DNA of 64,000 nucleotides. Origin: an uncultured Rhodospirillaceae bacterium (GTDB taxonomy: Bacteria > Pseudomonadota > Alphaproteobacteria > UBA8366). This document shows, piece by piece, positions 9,547 to 19,683 of this stretch. Below the pieces are notes generated by a model that ran no database searches, was not told the origin of the DNA, and saw only the letters and a list, made by a program, of their open reading frames with translations. Within the stretch, counting starts at the first letter, position 1. Every line of letters begins with the position of its first letter. The stretch lies in NCBI GenBank assembly GCA_913043025.1, contig CAJWLM010000002.1:130355-194354 (forward strand), written 5' to 3'. Position numbers and translations under genes: made by a program.

Positions 9547-10641
9547 ATGGAAGACATTTTGATAAAAAATAAAAAAACCTTGAAAAGGGGTTGGACCACG
9601 GGAGCATGCGCATTGGCGGCTACACAGGCGGCTTATACAGCACTTCTGACTGGTACGTTTCCAGATCCTGTAAAAATTTCGTTGCCTCAAGGAGAAACTC
9701 CATCATTCCCACTTGCACTCGAAAACCTTCTTGGCGGAGTAGCAAAAGTGGGTATTATTAAGGATGCAGGTGATGATCCGGATGTAACTCATGGTGTTCT
9801 AGTGATCGCAACTGTGCGCTTAATTAAAGAAAATGAAGTAAAGTTTGTAGGTGGACAAGGTATTGGCAGAATAAGTTTACCAGGATTACCATTACCTGTC
9901 GGAGAGCCTGCTATCAACCCTAAACCGCGCGAAATGATTTGCTCTGCGATACGCAAACTTGCGGATCATTATTCTCATGCTGGTGGAGTAGAGGTTGAAA
10001 TCGCGATTCCAGGTGGAGAAGTGCTGGCCGAAAAAACCTGGAATTCCAGACTTGGCATTACGGGGGGCTTGTCCATTCTAGGGACTACTGGAGTGGTAAG
10101 ACCATTTTCTTGTGCAGCTTGGATACACTCTATTCATCGAGGGATTGATGTTGCTCGTGCTAACGGGCTGCAACATATAGCTGGATCTACCGGTAAGACC
10201 TCAGAAACCGCTGTTAAGGAAATATATGACCTTCCAGTACACGCTCTTGTGGATATGGGTGATTTTGCGGGTGGCATGCTAAAATATCTTCGCCGCAATC
10301 CAGTATCTCGAGTAACAATTGCTGGTGGATTTGCTAAGTTAACAAAGCTTGCACAAGGATTTTTGGACTTACATTCTGGCCGTAGCCAAGTGGATTTCGA
10401 GTGGCTAGCGAGTTCGGTTGATACATTAGGGGCTAATCCTGATCTAACTGATAATGTCCGTAATGCAAAAAGCGCTGGACATGTGTTGCAGCTATCACAA
10501 CGCCATGACATTGCGATTGGTAACTGGGTTGCTACTCATGCCGCGGAGACTGCCTTGCGCGTACTAGCCGACAGTCCTATTAATTTAGACGTCCGCGTCT
10601 TCGATCGGAGGGGAGCCTTAGTTGGGCGGTCTAATGTGTAG
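9547..10641 (+). CDS. cbiD: Cobalt-precorrin-5B (C1)-methyltransferase CbiD
   Basis: 364 aa with the CbiD N-terminal block LKRGWTTGACALAA and GGLSILGTTG. Confidence 0.85.
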   Translation: MEDILIKNKKTLKRGWTTGACALAATQAAYTALLTGTFPDPVKISLPQGETPSFPLALENLLGGVAKVGIIKDAGDDPDVTHGVLVIATVRLIKENEVKFVGGQGIGRISLPGLPLPVGEPAINPKPREMICSAIRKLADHYSHAGGVEVEIAIPGGEVLAEKTWNSRLGITGGLSILGTTGVVRPFSCAAWIHSIHRGIDVARANGLQHIAGSTGKTSETAVKEIYDLPVHALVDMGDFAGGMLKYLRRNPVSRVTIAGGFAKLTKLAQGFLDLHSGRSQVDFEWLASSVDTLGANPDLTDNVRNAKSAGHVLQLSQRHDIAIGNWVATHAAETALRVLADSPINLDVRVFDRRGALVGRSNV

Positions 10642-11384
10642 TGTATAAAGTATTAATTTTAGGTGGTACGTCGGAAGGGGTCGCATTAGCTAATAAACTA
10701 AGTGCAGACCCAATTATAATTCCGATTACTTCGCTTGCAGGACGCACTCGTGAGCCAAAAGATGTGCAAGGATTTCTCCGGCAAGGAGGGTTTGGTGGCG
10801 TTGAAGGGTTGGTTCACTATCTGAAATCAGAAGAAGTTTTTGCGGTGTTCGATGCGACCCACCCGTTTGCCATTCAAATAACCAAAAATGCTTTTTCTGC
10901 ATGTAAAAGTGCAAAAATACCCTTAGCGAGGCTTACCCGAGAGCCGTGGGCGGCTGAAACTGGTGATGATTGGCATAACGTTGAAAATATCGCGGAAGCC
11001 GTAGAGTCTATACCGGTTGGTGCACGAGCATTTGTCACCACTGGTCGACAAGAGCTTGAGCCATATTTTGAACGTAGGGATATCTGGACATTAGTGAGGG
11101 TCATCGATATGCCAGCAAAACAACTTGAGCTAGGTAGAGGAAAGTTTATAGCAGGGCGAGGGCCATTTTCGGTAGAGGACGAAGTTGATTTGATGCGCGG
11201 CTATGGGGTTGATCTGTTGGTATCAAAAAATAGCGGCGGACAATCTAGCTACGGAAAAATCATAGCTGCTCGCCAGCTTGGCTTGCCAGTGGTAATGGTT
11301 AGGCCACCAGAATTAACATTAGAAACCGTTATTTGCTATTCGCTCAATGAAGCCTCTGAATGGCTAAAAGGGTGTCTCAATTAA
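10641..11384 (+). CDS. cobK: Precorrin-6A / cobalt-precorrin-6A reductase
   Basis: A GTG start overlaps the cbiD stop. The N-terminus VLILGGTSEG and the LVSKNSGG block are typical of CobK/CbiJ. Confidence 0.85.
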   Translation: MYKVLILGGTSEGVALANKLSADPIIIPITSLAGRTREPKDVQGFLRQGGFGGVEGLVHYLKSEEVFAVFDATHPFAIQITKNAFSACKSAKIPLARLTREPWAAETGDDWHNVENIAEAVESIPVGARAFVTTGRQELEPYFERRDIWTLVRVIDMPAKQLELGRGKFIAGRGPFSVEDEVDLMRGYGVDLLVSKNSGGQSSYGKIIAARQLGLPVVMVRPPELTLETVICYSLNEASEWLKGCLN

Positions 11385-12142
11385 GATTTTTTCGGACGCA
11401 GTATATGAACATGATGAGGGTTATAAAGCGCGCTGTCATTGAAAGCTTTAGCACCAAGTACAGGACCAATAAGGATTAAGGCTGTGCGGGTGATTTTGGC
11501 GGCTCGTGCTTGTTCGGCGATTGTAGCAAGTGTACCGCGTAGTACCTTTTGGTCTGGCCAACTCGCTTGGTAGACAATCGCAGCCGGGCAGTCAGCCCCA
11601 TAGAAAGGTTCGAGTTCAGTTCGAATTTTTTTTATGTTTCTAATTGAAAGGTGTATTGCTAACGTAGCTCCGGTTCGGCCGAAATTTGCTAGTGTTTCAT
11701 TTGACGGCATTTCGCTGGATTGCATTGCAGTTCGCGTCAAAATAAGTGTCTGGCTTACCCCGGGAAGTGTGAGCTCTGTTTCCAAAGCTGCAGCTGCAGC
11801 CGCATATGCCGGAACTCCAGGTGTTACATCAAACGGTATACCACGCTTATTTAATTGTCGCATTTGTTCTCCGATCGCCCCATACAATGCGGGGTCTCCA
11901 GAGTGGACGCGGGCAACGCTGAGGTCGCGGTCGTAGGCGTTAGCCATTATTTCTATAATTTCATCTAACGTCATTGAGGCAGTATCAAACACCTCAGCAT
12001 TAGCTGGTGCATCGGCTATCAAAGCTTTTGGCACTAAGGACCCCGCATATAAGCATATAGGTGACTGCGTAATATATTTCTTTCCGCGCACCGTTATAAG
12101 GTCTGGGTCGCCAGGTCCGGCGCCTATAAAATGAACTTTCAT
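11381..12142 (-). CDS. cobM: Precorrin-4 C11-methyltransferase
   Basis: MKVHFIGAGPGDPDLITVRG and HSGDPALYGA fit CobM/CbiF at 253 aa. Its stop shares a TTAA with the convergent cobK stop. Confidence 0.9.
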   Translation of the reverse strand: MKVHFIGAGPGDPDLITVRGKKYITQSPICLYAGSLVPKALIADAPANAEVFDTASMTLDEIIEIMANAYDRDLSVARVHSGDPALYGAIGEQMRQLNKRGIPFDVTPGVPAYAAAAAALETELTLPGVSQTLILTRTAMQSSEMPSNETLANFGRTGATLAIHLSIRNIKKIRTELEPFYGADCPAAIVYQASWPDQKVLRGTLATIAEQARAAKITRTALILIGPVLGAKAFNDSALYNPHHVHILRPKKS

Positions 12143-13965
12143 GATTTTGATGGAGTTTCCTTAAATTTTGTTGCGTAACCACGAGGTGTATAAACCCGTT
12201 CTAGACCGCATCCACTGTCCAGTTTACGAGTTTGACTAGACCCTACCAGTAGGACCGTGAACATATCTATTTTACTAGGATCAATCATTTTGAGCGTTGA
12301 GATATTGATCGTTTCCTCAGGTCGACCCAATTGCCGTGCGATAATTAGCGGAGTATCTAAAGGTCTATATTTTGACAGTATCTTCAGTGCACTTATCAAA
12401 AGAGATCTACGTTTATTTGAAGCTGGATTGTAAAGTGCAACGACAAAGTCGGATGCTGCTGCTGCTTTTAACCGTTTTTTAATCTGGCAACTTGGTGTGA
12501 GTAAGTCAGAAAGCGAAATAGCGCAAAAGTCATGCCCAAGCGGTGCTCCGATGCGGGCTGCCGCTGCTTGCAAAGCCGAAATTCCTGGTGAAATATTTAT
12601 ATCCACCCATCGCCACTCGGGCTTCGCAATTTTGTGTAATGTCTCAAAAACTAATGCGCCCATCGCATAAATACCAGGATCACCAGATGAAACTAGCGAG
12701 ACGATCTTTCCCTCAGCTGCGAGATCGAGAGATGCACTGACACGTTCTATCTCTTTCCCCAGCGGAAACCCATGAAGAGTTTTAGTTTTGAGGGAAGGAC
12801 CTAATTGATCTAAATACCCACCATAACCTACAATGTCAGTTGATTGAGCCAGCAGTGTTTGTGCCTCTAATGTTCGCCAACCTGTGCTACCAGGTCCCAA
12901 ACCAACAATCGCAAGTTGACCCCTCGCTCTGCCTAGACCTTTGGTATCAATAGGTTCGAGCGACCTTGCTATTGCACATGTAGCCCGATCAGATTTTTGC
13001 TTTTCTATTAATAGGTCGCTCGCCGAGCCAGCAGCTGCTAGCGCTGCTGGTTCGGCAACTCCATGGCAACCTACCGCTTGGAAGACTGTTTCTGAAGGAT
13101 TACGGATACGTCCTTTTTCAGATTCAAGTCGCGTGGCGTTAAAGAAACGAACTGGGCGATTTAAAGCGGTGCCAAGTTTTAAAATAGCCGGTTCATTACA
13201 TTTTAAATCCAAGGATACTATTACGGCAATCGCACTTAAGGAAATATTGGCTTCATTAAATGTCGTTTCTATTAGAGATTGAAGCTCCTCAGGATCGCAA
13301 TTACGTTCGCACCCAACGCCAAGTGCTAATACTTCCTCCGTGAAAATCAGTTGATTGGGGCCGCCGGACTTTTTTTCGATACCTGAAATAATTTGCAATG
13401 TTCCAGATTTCGATAGAGGAGGGTTACCTGCCGTAATCCAGCGTGGCAAGTTTGCTGCGTGGATTCTGGATCCAGATAGCAATTGTGCGGTAAAATGCTT
13501 TAAATCTTGGGTGTTCTGAAGATGGTAGCCGGACGGTGGGTCGTCCAGAGCAATTCCGAACTGAGTTTCGCTAGCTGTCGTAATCGCAATCGTAGAATTG
13601 AGAATTTTAGATATTTTTTTTGCTATTCGGTTTCCCCCGCGATGACTACCAAGTAGTGGAATTGCAATACTTCCATCTTGTGCTACTGCGATCACCGGCG
13701 GTTCAAATAACTTTTGCACTAATAAGGGTGCTAAAGCACGTATGAGTATTCCGCTCCCGCATAAACCGATGATTGGCTGGGCCCTTTGGAATAGTACTTG
13801 CACATGAGAACTGGTGTTTTCGAAAAGGATGTCGGCCTCCTCAATACGCCCCGTTAATCCGTGTACTTCACTATTAGGTAAGGAGTCAGCTAACTTACGA
13901 GCGACTGGTAGGGCTGAGGTACTTAACACTACAATGGCTGGTACCTTTTCTAGCTGGCACGTCAT
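12139..13965 (-). CDS. cobJ: Bifunctional CbiG-like cobalt-precorrin-5A hydrolase / precorrin-3B C17-methyltransferase (CobJ/CbiH)
   Basis: 608 aa. The N-terminal ~330 aa are CbiG-like. The C-terminal ~260 aa are a tetrapyrrole methylase (LAIVGLGPGSTGW, SSGDPGIYAM). It has 4-nt overlaps with both neighbours. Confidence 0.8.
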   Translation of the reverse strand: MTCQLEKVPAIVVLSTSALPVARKLADSLPNSEVHGLTGRIEEADILFENTSSHVQVLFQRAQPIIGLCGSGILIRALAPLLVQKLFEPPVIAVAQDGSIAIPLLGSHRGGNRIAKKISKILNSTIAITTASETQFGIALDDPPSGYHLQNTQDLKHFTAQLLSGSRIHAANLPRWITAGNPPLSKSGTLQIISGIEKKSGGPNQLIFTEEVLALGVGCERNCDPEELQSLIETTFNEANISLSAIAVIVSLDLKCNEPAILKLGTALNRPVRFFNATRLESEKGRIRNPSETVFQAVGCHGVAEPAALAAAGSASDLLIEKQKSDRATCAIARSLEPIDTKGLGRARGQLAIVGLGPGSTGWRTLEAQTLLAQSTDIVGYGGYLDQLGPSLKTKTLHGFPLGKEIERVSASLDLAAEGKIVSLVSSGDPGIYAMGALVFETLHKIAKPEWRWVDINISPGISALQAAAARIGAPLGHDFCAISLSDLLTPSCQIKKRLKAAAASDFVVALYNPASNKRRSLLISALKILSKYRPLDTPLIIARQLGRPEETINISTLKMIDPSKIDMFTVLLVGSSQTRKLDSGCGLERVYTPRGYATKFKETPSKS

Positions 13966-14660
13966 ATTTTTCCTCGCCTTTGAACGAGTATCATTGAAAA
14001 GTAGGGTACTTCTTCTGGATTAACATTGTCCAATACCTGTATTTTTTCATTCGGTAGTGTTGACCGTTCGATATAATATGATTCCTGTTTTAGATTCATT
14101 ATCCCAAGTAATTCTCTAATTCGGGAAAAGTGTCGCCCTATTTTTATAATGGCGGCGGTATCCGCGACCTGTAGGCATGCTTTTAAGTCTGCGTCTGGCA
14201 AAGGAGCTGGTAGAATGCTAAGGACGTCATTTCGCGCCGAAAGAGGCCGGCTCAATGATGCAGAACAGGACATCAATGAAGAAACCCCAGGGACCACTTT
14301 GATAGGGCATTGTTTGGCAAGGCGAAAAAATAAATATTGAAATGAGCCATAGAAAAATGGATCTCCTTCACATAGGACTGCTACATTTTTACCCTTTTGC
14401 AAACGTTCAAGTAGCGTTTGAGCGGCGCGGTCATAAGCTTGCTGGGCCGGTTCGGGTTCTTGTAGCATCGGAATAGCTATAGCAATTTCCTCTTGTGATT
14501 CTTTGATATAATCAGACACTATACTTCTGGCGAAACTCGGTGTGCCTTCAAGGCATGGGTAAGCAATAACAGAAGACAGTTCTATGCAGCGAATTGCGCT
14601 GATGGTTAACAAATCCGGATCGCCTGGGCCGACTCCTACACCGTACAAGATACCCGTCAT
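13962..14660 (-). CDS. cobI: Precorrin-2 C20-methyltransferase
   Basis: YGVGVGPGDPDLLT and CEGDPFFYGS at 232 aa, in operon position between cobL and cobJ. Confidence 0.85.
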   Translation of the reverse strand: MTGILYGVGVGPGDPDLLTISAIRCIELSSVIAYPCLEGTPSFARSIVSDYIKESQEEIAIAIPMLQEPEPAQQAYDRAAQTLLERLQKGKNVAVLCEGDPFFYGSFQYLFFRLAKQCPIKVVPGVSSLMSCSASLSRPLSARNDVLSILPAPLPDADLKACLQVADTAAIIKIGRHFSRIRELLGIMNLKQESYYIERSTLPNEKIQVLDNVNPEEVPYFSMILVQRRGKI

Positions 14661-15883
14661 TGCGTGATAGCCATGTAACCTTTAGTCACGCGCCATTGCA
14701 ATGTCGGCATGAAGGTTTTCCAACCAGTATGTTTGCCCAATGGATGGGTTTTCGAAATCGCAATACGTGTCAGGTCACCGCCGAAGTTTTGATTTAGGTT
14801 GATTAATATTGCCTCACTTTCGGTAGTAATAGCGTTAACCACTAATCGACCTCCGACCCTGAGCGCTTGCCAACAAGCCTCAAATACTCCCACGTTGGAT
14901 AAGCCGCCACCAATAAAAATTGCGTCCGGTGTTTCTAGCCTTTTCAAGGCTTGAGGTGCTCGGCCATTTATTATTTTCAGATTTGGTGTGCCAAGCGCGA
15001 TGGCATTCTTAGCTATAAACCGTAGGCGATTTTCTTGGTATTCTATTGCGACAGCGCGTAACCGCTTATCGCGCCGCATCCATTCAATGCCAATGGAACC
15101 ACAACCAGCCCCTACATCCCAAAGAATCTGGCCCGGCGTGGGCATTAAAGCATTGATGGAAATCGAACGAATATCCTCTTTCGTAATTTTACCGTCATGA
15201 GAAAAAAAGTTGTCAGCAAGGCATGAGAGGCGCGGTTGTTGGGTGTGCAAAGGTTCCGCAATACACTCGACCGCAATTGTATGTAATGGATCAAATTCAC
15301 ACTCCACCCAATCACAAGCTTTCCCGTAGACACTGCGTTCCGCAGGATTTCCCATGCACTCAAAGACCGTTATGGTGCTCTCTCCGTAGCCCCTTTTCAC
15401 AAGCTTTTTGGCGACCATAGAGGGTGTCGACCCGTTATGAGCGAGAATCAAAAGTTTGGCCTGTGGCTGTATTACAACCTCAAGCAACGCATCGTTACGT
15501 CCATGTAGGGTAATAAAGTCAATCTCTTCAAACCCCCAACCAGTACGGGCGGTCGCCAGACTAAATGCTGAAGGTGCAGGTATTACATTTATTTCCTCAA
15601 TCGGTACCCGTTTTTTTATCAGGTTGCCTACACCATAACAAAATGGGTCTCCGGTTGCCAGAACACACACCTCTCGGCCACGGTATTCAACAAGGTCGTC
15701 TATTGAAGAATGTATAGGTCTTTTCCACGGTAGGAGTGTTTTTTTTCCTCTAGGGACCATTGCAAGGTGTCTATGACCTCCAACGATTATGTCAGCATTA
15801 TCGACAATTAGGCGTGCAGCAGATGAAAGGGACTGATAACCCTCCTCTCCAATCCCTATGAGGGATAACCATCGTTTCATCAT
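14657..15883 (-). CDS. cobL: Precorrin-6Y C5,15-methyltransferase (decarboxylating), CbiE+CbiT fusion
   Basis: 408 aa. The N-terminal part is a tetrapyrrole methylase (ATGDPFCYGV). The C-terminal part is a SAM methyltransferase (LWDVGAGCGSIGIEW). Confidence 0.85.
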   Translation of the reverse strand: MMKRWLSLIGIGEEGYQSLSSAARLIVDNADIIVGGHRHLAMVPRGKKTLLPWKRPIHSSIDDLVEYRGREVCVLATGDPFCYGVGNLIKKRVPIEEINVIPAPSAFSLATARTGWGFEEIDFITLHGRNDALLEVVIQPQAKLLILAHNGSTPSMVAKKLVKRGYGESTITVFECMGNPAERSVYGKACDWVECEFDPLHTIAVECIAEPLHTQQPRLSCLADNFFSHDGKITKEDIRSISINALMPTPGQILWDVGAGCGSIGIEWMRRDKRLRAVAIEYQENRLRFIAKNAIALGTPNLKIINGRAPQALKRLETPDAIFIGGGLSNVGVFEACWQALRVGGRLVVNAITTESEAILINLNQNFGGDLTRIAISKTHPLGKHTGWKTFMPTLQWRVTKGYMAITQ

Positions 15884-16488
15884 TGTGTGTCCAAGATTAT
15901 TGCATTTACAGCGGCGGCTGCCATAGCGCTTCCTCCTCGCCGGCCCTTTAGTGTCATAAATGGAATGCCATGTTTAATAGTAGCAAGTGCCTCTTTTGCC
16001 TCAGCGGCCCCCACAAACCCAACTGGAAACCCGAATATAGCAGCTGGTCGGGGTCCCCCGTCTTGCAGAATTTCTAATAATCTAAATAAGGCCGTTGGAG
16101 CATTCCCAATTGCAATCACCGAGCCATGAAGGTCGGGTTTCCATGCGTCAACGGCGGCTGCAGATCTAGTCATGTTTTTTTTTGGCAAGGTGGATGGTAA
16201 AGTGCAAATAACTTTATTCTTATGAGTTAGTCTATCAGTCATTATCCCACTCTTAACCATCCTGCAATCAGCAAAAATAGGTCTCCCTGAGGCAAGTGCT
16301 AAGCTAGCTGCTTGTGCTACGTTTGCTGTAGCTCTCAGATCGTCGGTGATTTCGGGCATACCGCAAGCATGAACGAGCCGCTGCGCTATACGGATTGAGC
16401 CCTGAGGAAGACCTGAAAAATTGGTTTCCGCGGTAAGAATATCAAAAGAGCGCCGATATATCTCTTGAGGGTCACGTAAATAATGCAT
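15880..16488 (-). CDS. cobH: Precorrin-8X methylmutase
   Basis: The ATG at 16488 gives the canonical N-terminus MHYLRDPQEIYRRSF. The LVHACGMPE block is present. The TTG at 16518 is an alternative start. Confidence 0.85.
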   Translation of the reverse strand: MHYLRDPQEIYRRSFDILTAETNFSGLPQGSIRIAQRLVHACGMPEITDDLRATANVAQAASLALASGRPIFADCRMVKSGIMTDRLTHKNKVICTLPSTLPKKNMTRSAAAVDAWKPDLHGSVIAIGNAPTALFRLLEILQDGGPRPAAIFGFPVGFVGAAEAKEALATIKHGIPFMTLKGRRGGSAMAAAAVNAIILDTQ

Positions 16489-16522
16489 CCTGTAGTGTAG
16501 CTGCCTAAGCAAATGCAATCAA

Positions 16523-17212
16523 TTATCGTGCATATGTTTTGAGCACAGTTTTTGGAAGAGTGAAAACCTTGCGCTGGCCGAGAAGAAAAATCATATAATT
16601 ACCACTAAACAACGCCTCAATTGTTGGGTGAGAGATATCAAGTCCTCCTGTATACGTTCCAAAAGCGGGCAATATAAGCCTATCGGTGCCATCTGAGATG
16701 AAACAGCGTGCGCTCAATTTTTTTCCTTTTATTTTCAATCTTGCTTTTGGATGGAAGTGGCCAGATATTTCGCCATTGGTCACCCCGCCGATGGTGATAT
16801 GGCGGAACATTAAATTAGCAATGCCTATATGCGAGGCAATCTTACCGCCAAGAGTGGGTGTTGGGGTAGGATCGTGATTACCGGTAATCCAAATCCAATC
16901 ATATAACTGGGTGAATTGGCGAATAATATCTTTTTCTTCAGGCCTCAACCGCTTTGGTGCGTCATTATCATGAAAGCTATCGCCTAAGCAAATAACCCGA
17001 TTAGGGGAATAATGTGTTAAAACGCCATTTAGTACCGAGAGCGTTTCAATGCTGTCGTAAGGAGGTAAGAAAACCCCCCTGCTAGCGTATGAAGTTCCCT
17101 TCGCAAGATGCAAATCGGATACGACGACAGTGTTCTTTTCAGGCCATATTAATGCGCCGGAAAGATCAGCTAGCATTCGCTCTCCATTAAATTCGAATTC
17201 AGTACTGGTCAT
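16523..17212 (-). CDS. pdeM: Ligase-associated DNA damage response metallophosphoesterase PdeM
   Basis: It has the calcineurin-like motifs VVVSDLHLAKG, LGDSFHD and TGNHD at 229 aa. A 4-nt ATGA-type overlap joins it to the upstream helicase. Confidence 0.8.
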   Translation of the reverse strand: MTSTEFEFNGERMLADLSGALIWPEKNTVVVSDLHLAKGTSYASRGVFLPPYDSIETLSVLNGVLTHYSPNRVICLGDSFHDNDAPKRLRPEEKDIIRQFTQLYDWIWITGNHDPTPTPTLGGKIASHIGIANLMFRHITIGGVTNGEISGHFHPKARLKIKGKKLSARCFISDGTDRLILPAFGTYTGGLDISHPTIEALFSGNYMIFLLGQRKVFTLPKTVLKTYAR

Positions 17213-19683
17213 AAGATGTTTTCTGTGGCAAAGGCCTCTGATATCAAAACAGTCTCTGCCTCATCTAAGAGCATATCTTTATGGGTGCCGCCAACTGTTT
17301 CTTTCCCAATTTCTAGTAAGATAGGCACTGATAATGGTGATGCACGTGAGAGTTCCTTATGTATAATTTTACCTTTAACCCTCCTAAGCATGTCAGCTAA
17401 GCGCTTGATGTCCGTGAGCCCGCGAGCGGCATCACGTCGTGTCACACGTAGCATGATATGCTCCGGATCATAGCGGCGAAGTGTGTCGTATATTAAATCT
17501 GAACTCACCGTCATTTGCCTGCCAGTTTTGGATATTCCCGGATGATTGCGTTCTATTAAGCCTGAGATTGTTGCTACTTCACGGAAAGTTCGACGCAGAA
17601 GTGAAGACTCAGCCAACCATTCTTCGAGGTCGTCACCTAGCATATCTTCGTCAAATAGCTCATTAATATCTGTTACTGGATGTATGCTCCATATCGCAAT
17701 ATTATAATCTGTGCCAACAAATCCTATTGGTCCAAGCCCCGCACGTTCCATTCTTTTTGTTAAAAGAATACCAAGTGTTTGGTGTGCATTACGGCCTTCA
17801 AAACAGTACGCTACTAAAAACGCTCTGCCAGATCGTTTGAAGGTTTCAACAAGTAGACCGTCACTTTTTGGCATAACTGACACCCGGGATTGAATGCCGA
17901 GCCAATCACGAATTTGATTAGGAAGTTCTGGCCACTTTTGGGGGGTTGCTAAGATGGATCGTACCCGATCAGCAAGATGTGTTGAGAGTGGCAGTCGTCC
18001 ACCCTGGTACGATGGGACCTTCGGCTCACTTCCAGCAGCAAGGGTTGTAGCTACGGCCATATTGCGGATTCCTTGGAATCTCAATACGTGTCCGCCAAAC
18101 ATAAAAGTATCACCAGGCAACAGACCAAGAATGAAATTTTCTTCAATTTTGCCAAGTATTTTTTGTCTGCCAAGTCGAACTTGCAACATTTGTGATTCCA
18201 CAATTGTTCCAATGTTCATTCGTACTCGTCTTGCTACTTTTTGCGAAGCAATTTTATACGTCTTGTTTTCGATGTTTTCTAAGCGACGCCATTGCTCGTA
18301 TGTCCGGAGTGCATAACCTCCGTGATCTATGAAATCTAATACATCGTTAAAAATAACACGTGGTAAGCTAACGTAAGGTGCAGCGGCAGTGATTTCGGTG
18401 TACATCTTGTCCGCTTCGAAACTATGAGAGCATGCCATTGCTAGCATATGTTGGGCCAACACATCATAGCCACCCGGCCGAGGGGTTTCATCGTCTAACG
18501 TCCCTTCAACCGCGGCTTCCAAAGCCGCCTTACATTCAAGAACTTCAAATCGATTTGTTGGTACCAATAAAGCGCGGCTTGGAGTATCAAGGTTATGACC
18601 TGCTCGACCGATACGTTGTATTAAGCGGCTAACACCCTTTGGTGCACCAATTTGAATCATAAGATCGACAGCTGCCCAATCAACTCCAAGGTCTAATGAC
18701 GATGTTGCCACCACTGCTTTTAGACTGCCCGACGCCATCTCCTCTTCGACTCGTAGTCTTAAAATTTTTGCCAAGCTTCCATGATGCAGCGCTATAGGGA
18801 GCCCCTTTTTATTTAACTTCCATAATGCTTGAAATGTAATTTCAGCTTGGGCTCTGGTATTGACGAAAATGAGAGTGGTTTGCGCTTTCTCGACCTCTTG
18901 GTATATCTCTTCCATAGTGTGGAGTGCAGAATGACTATACCAAGGTATTTTTTGTTTAGTCTTAAGAAGATTTATTTTAAATTTCTTGCCAGACGAACCT
19001 TCTATGCGGGTAACTAAATTGGCCTGCCCTTTTGGTGCCAACCATGCTGATAATGCAATAGGATGAGCAATTGTAGCAGACAGCCCAATTCTGTGACATT
19101 TAGGTGCTAGCTGTTGGATTCTAGAAAGGGCGAGCGCTAATTGGTCGCCCCTTTTCGTTCCTGCCAACACATGAATTTCATCAATTACAACTCTTTTTAG
19201 AGTTTTGAATATAATTGAAGCGTCATGATACGAGAGAAGTAATGTCAGGCTTTCCGGAGTGGTGAGGAGTATATTTGGCGGTTTTTTCCGTTGATGTTGT
19301 CGAACACTCTGTTTGGTGTCTCCTGTTCTTATCGATACCGAAATAGGAAGTTGCATTTCCGATATGGGGACTTCTAAGTTCCTGCGGATATCGCTTGTCA
19401 GAGATTTTAACGGCGATATATAGAGAGTATGCAAACTACCCTGTGGGTTATTTGCTAACTCTATTAACGTAGGCAAAAAACCCGCAAGCGTTTTGCCGCC
19501 CCCGGTTGGTGCAGTAATCAATGCATGGGATTGTTGCTCAGCGATTTCGAGTATTTTTAGTTGGTGAGTGTGGGGGCGCCAACCATTGGATACAAACCAA
19601 TTCTCGAAAATAGCCGGCAATGGAGCAGGTTTCTTTTTACGATAATATTTCGTTTTCTGGTGGTTGGAAGAAAGCTGGGCCAT
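17209..19683 (-). CDS. Ligase-associated DNA damage response DExH-box helicase (Lhr-like)
   Basis: 824 aa with Walker A APTGGGKT, a DEIH box (VVIDEIHVL) and a helicase C-domain (GRAGH). The size and the pdeM partner match the Lhr-like family. Confidence 0.85.
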   Translation of the reverse strand: MAQLSSNHQKTKYYRKKKPAPLPAIFENWFVSNGWRPHTHQLKILEIAEQQSHALITAPTGGGKTLAGFLPTLIELANNPQGSLHTLYISPLKSLTSDIRRNLEVPISEMQLPISVSIRTGDTKQSVRQHQRKKPPNILLTTPESLTLLLSYHDASIIFKTLKRVVIDEIHVLAGTKRGDQLALALSRIQQLAPKCHRIGLSATIAHPIALSAWLAPKGQANLVTRIEGSSGKKFKINLLKTKQKIPWYSHSALHTMEEIYQEVEKAQTTLIFVNTRAQAEITFQALWKLNKKGLPIALHHGSLAKILRLRVEEEMASGSLKAVVATSSLDLGVDWAAVDLMIQIGAPKGVSRLIQRIGRAGHNLDTPSRALLVPTNRFEVLECKAALEAAVEGTLDDETPRPGGYDVLAQHMLAMACSHSFEADKMYTEITAAAPYVSLPRVIFNDVLDFIDHGGYALRTYEQWRRLENIENKTYKIASQKVARRVRMNIGTIVESQMLQVRLGRQKILGKIEENFILGLLPGDTFMFGGHVLRFQGIRNMAVATTLAAGSEPKVPSYQGGRLPLSTHLADRVRSILATPQKWPELPNQIRDWLGIQSRVSVMPKSDGLLVETFKRSGRAFLVAYCFEGRNAHQTLGILLTKRMERAGLGPIGFVGTDYNIAIWSIHPVTDINELFDEDMLGDDLEEWLAESSLLRRTFREVATISGLIERNHPGISKTGRQMTVSSDLIYDTLRRYDPEHIMLRVTRRDAARGLTDIKRLADMLRRVKGKIIHKELSRASPLSVPILLEIGKETVGGTHKDMLLDEAETVLISEAFATENIL

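Larger units (their letters stand above)
8728..16518. other. Cobalamin (corrin ring) biosynthesis gene cluster: cobA / cbiD-cobK / cobH-cobL-cobI-cbiG::cobJ-cobM
   Basis: Eight adjacent corrin-ring genes with overlapping or near-abutting junctions. No cobalt chelatase, cobG/cobF or lower-ligand genes are in the window. Confidence 0.85.
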
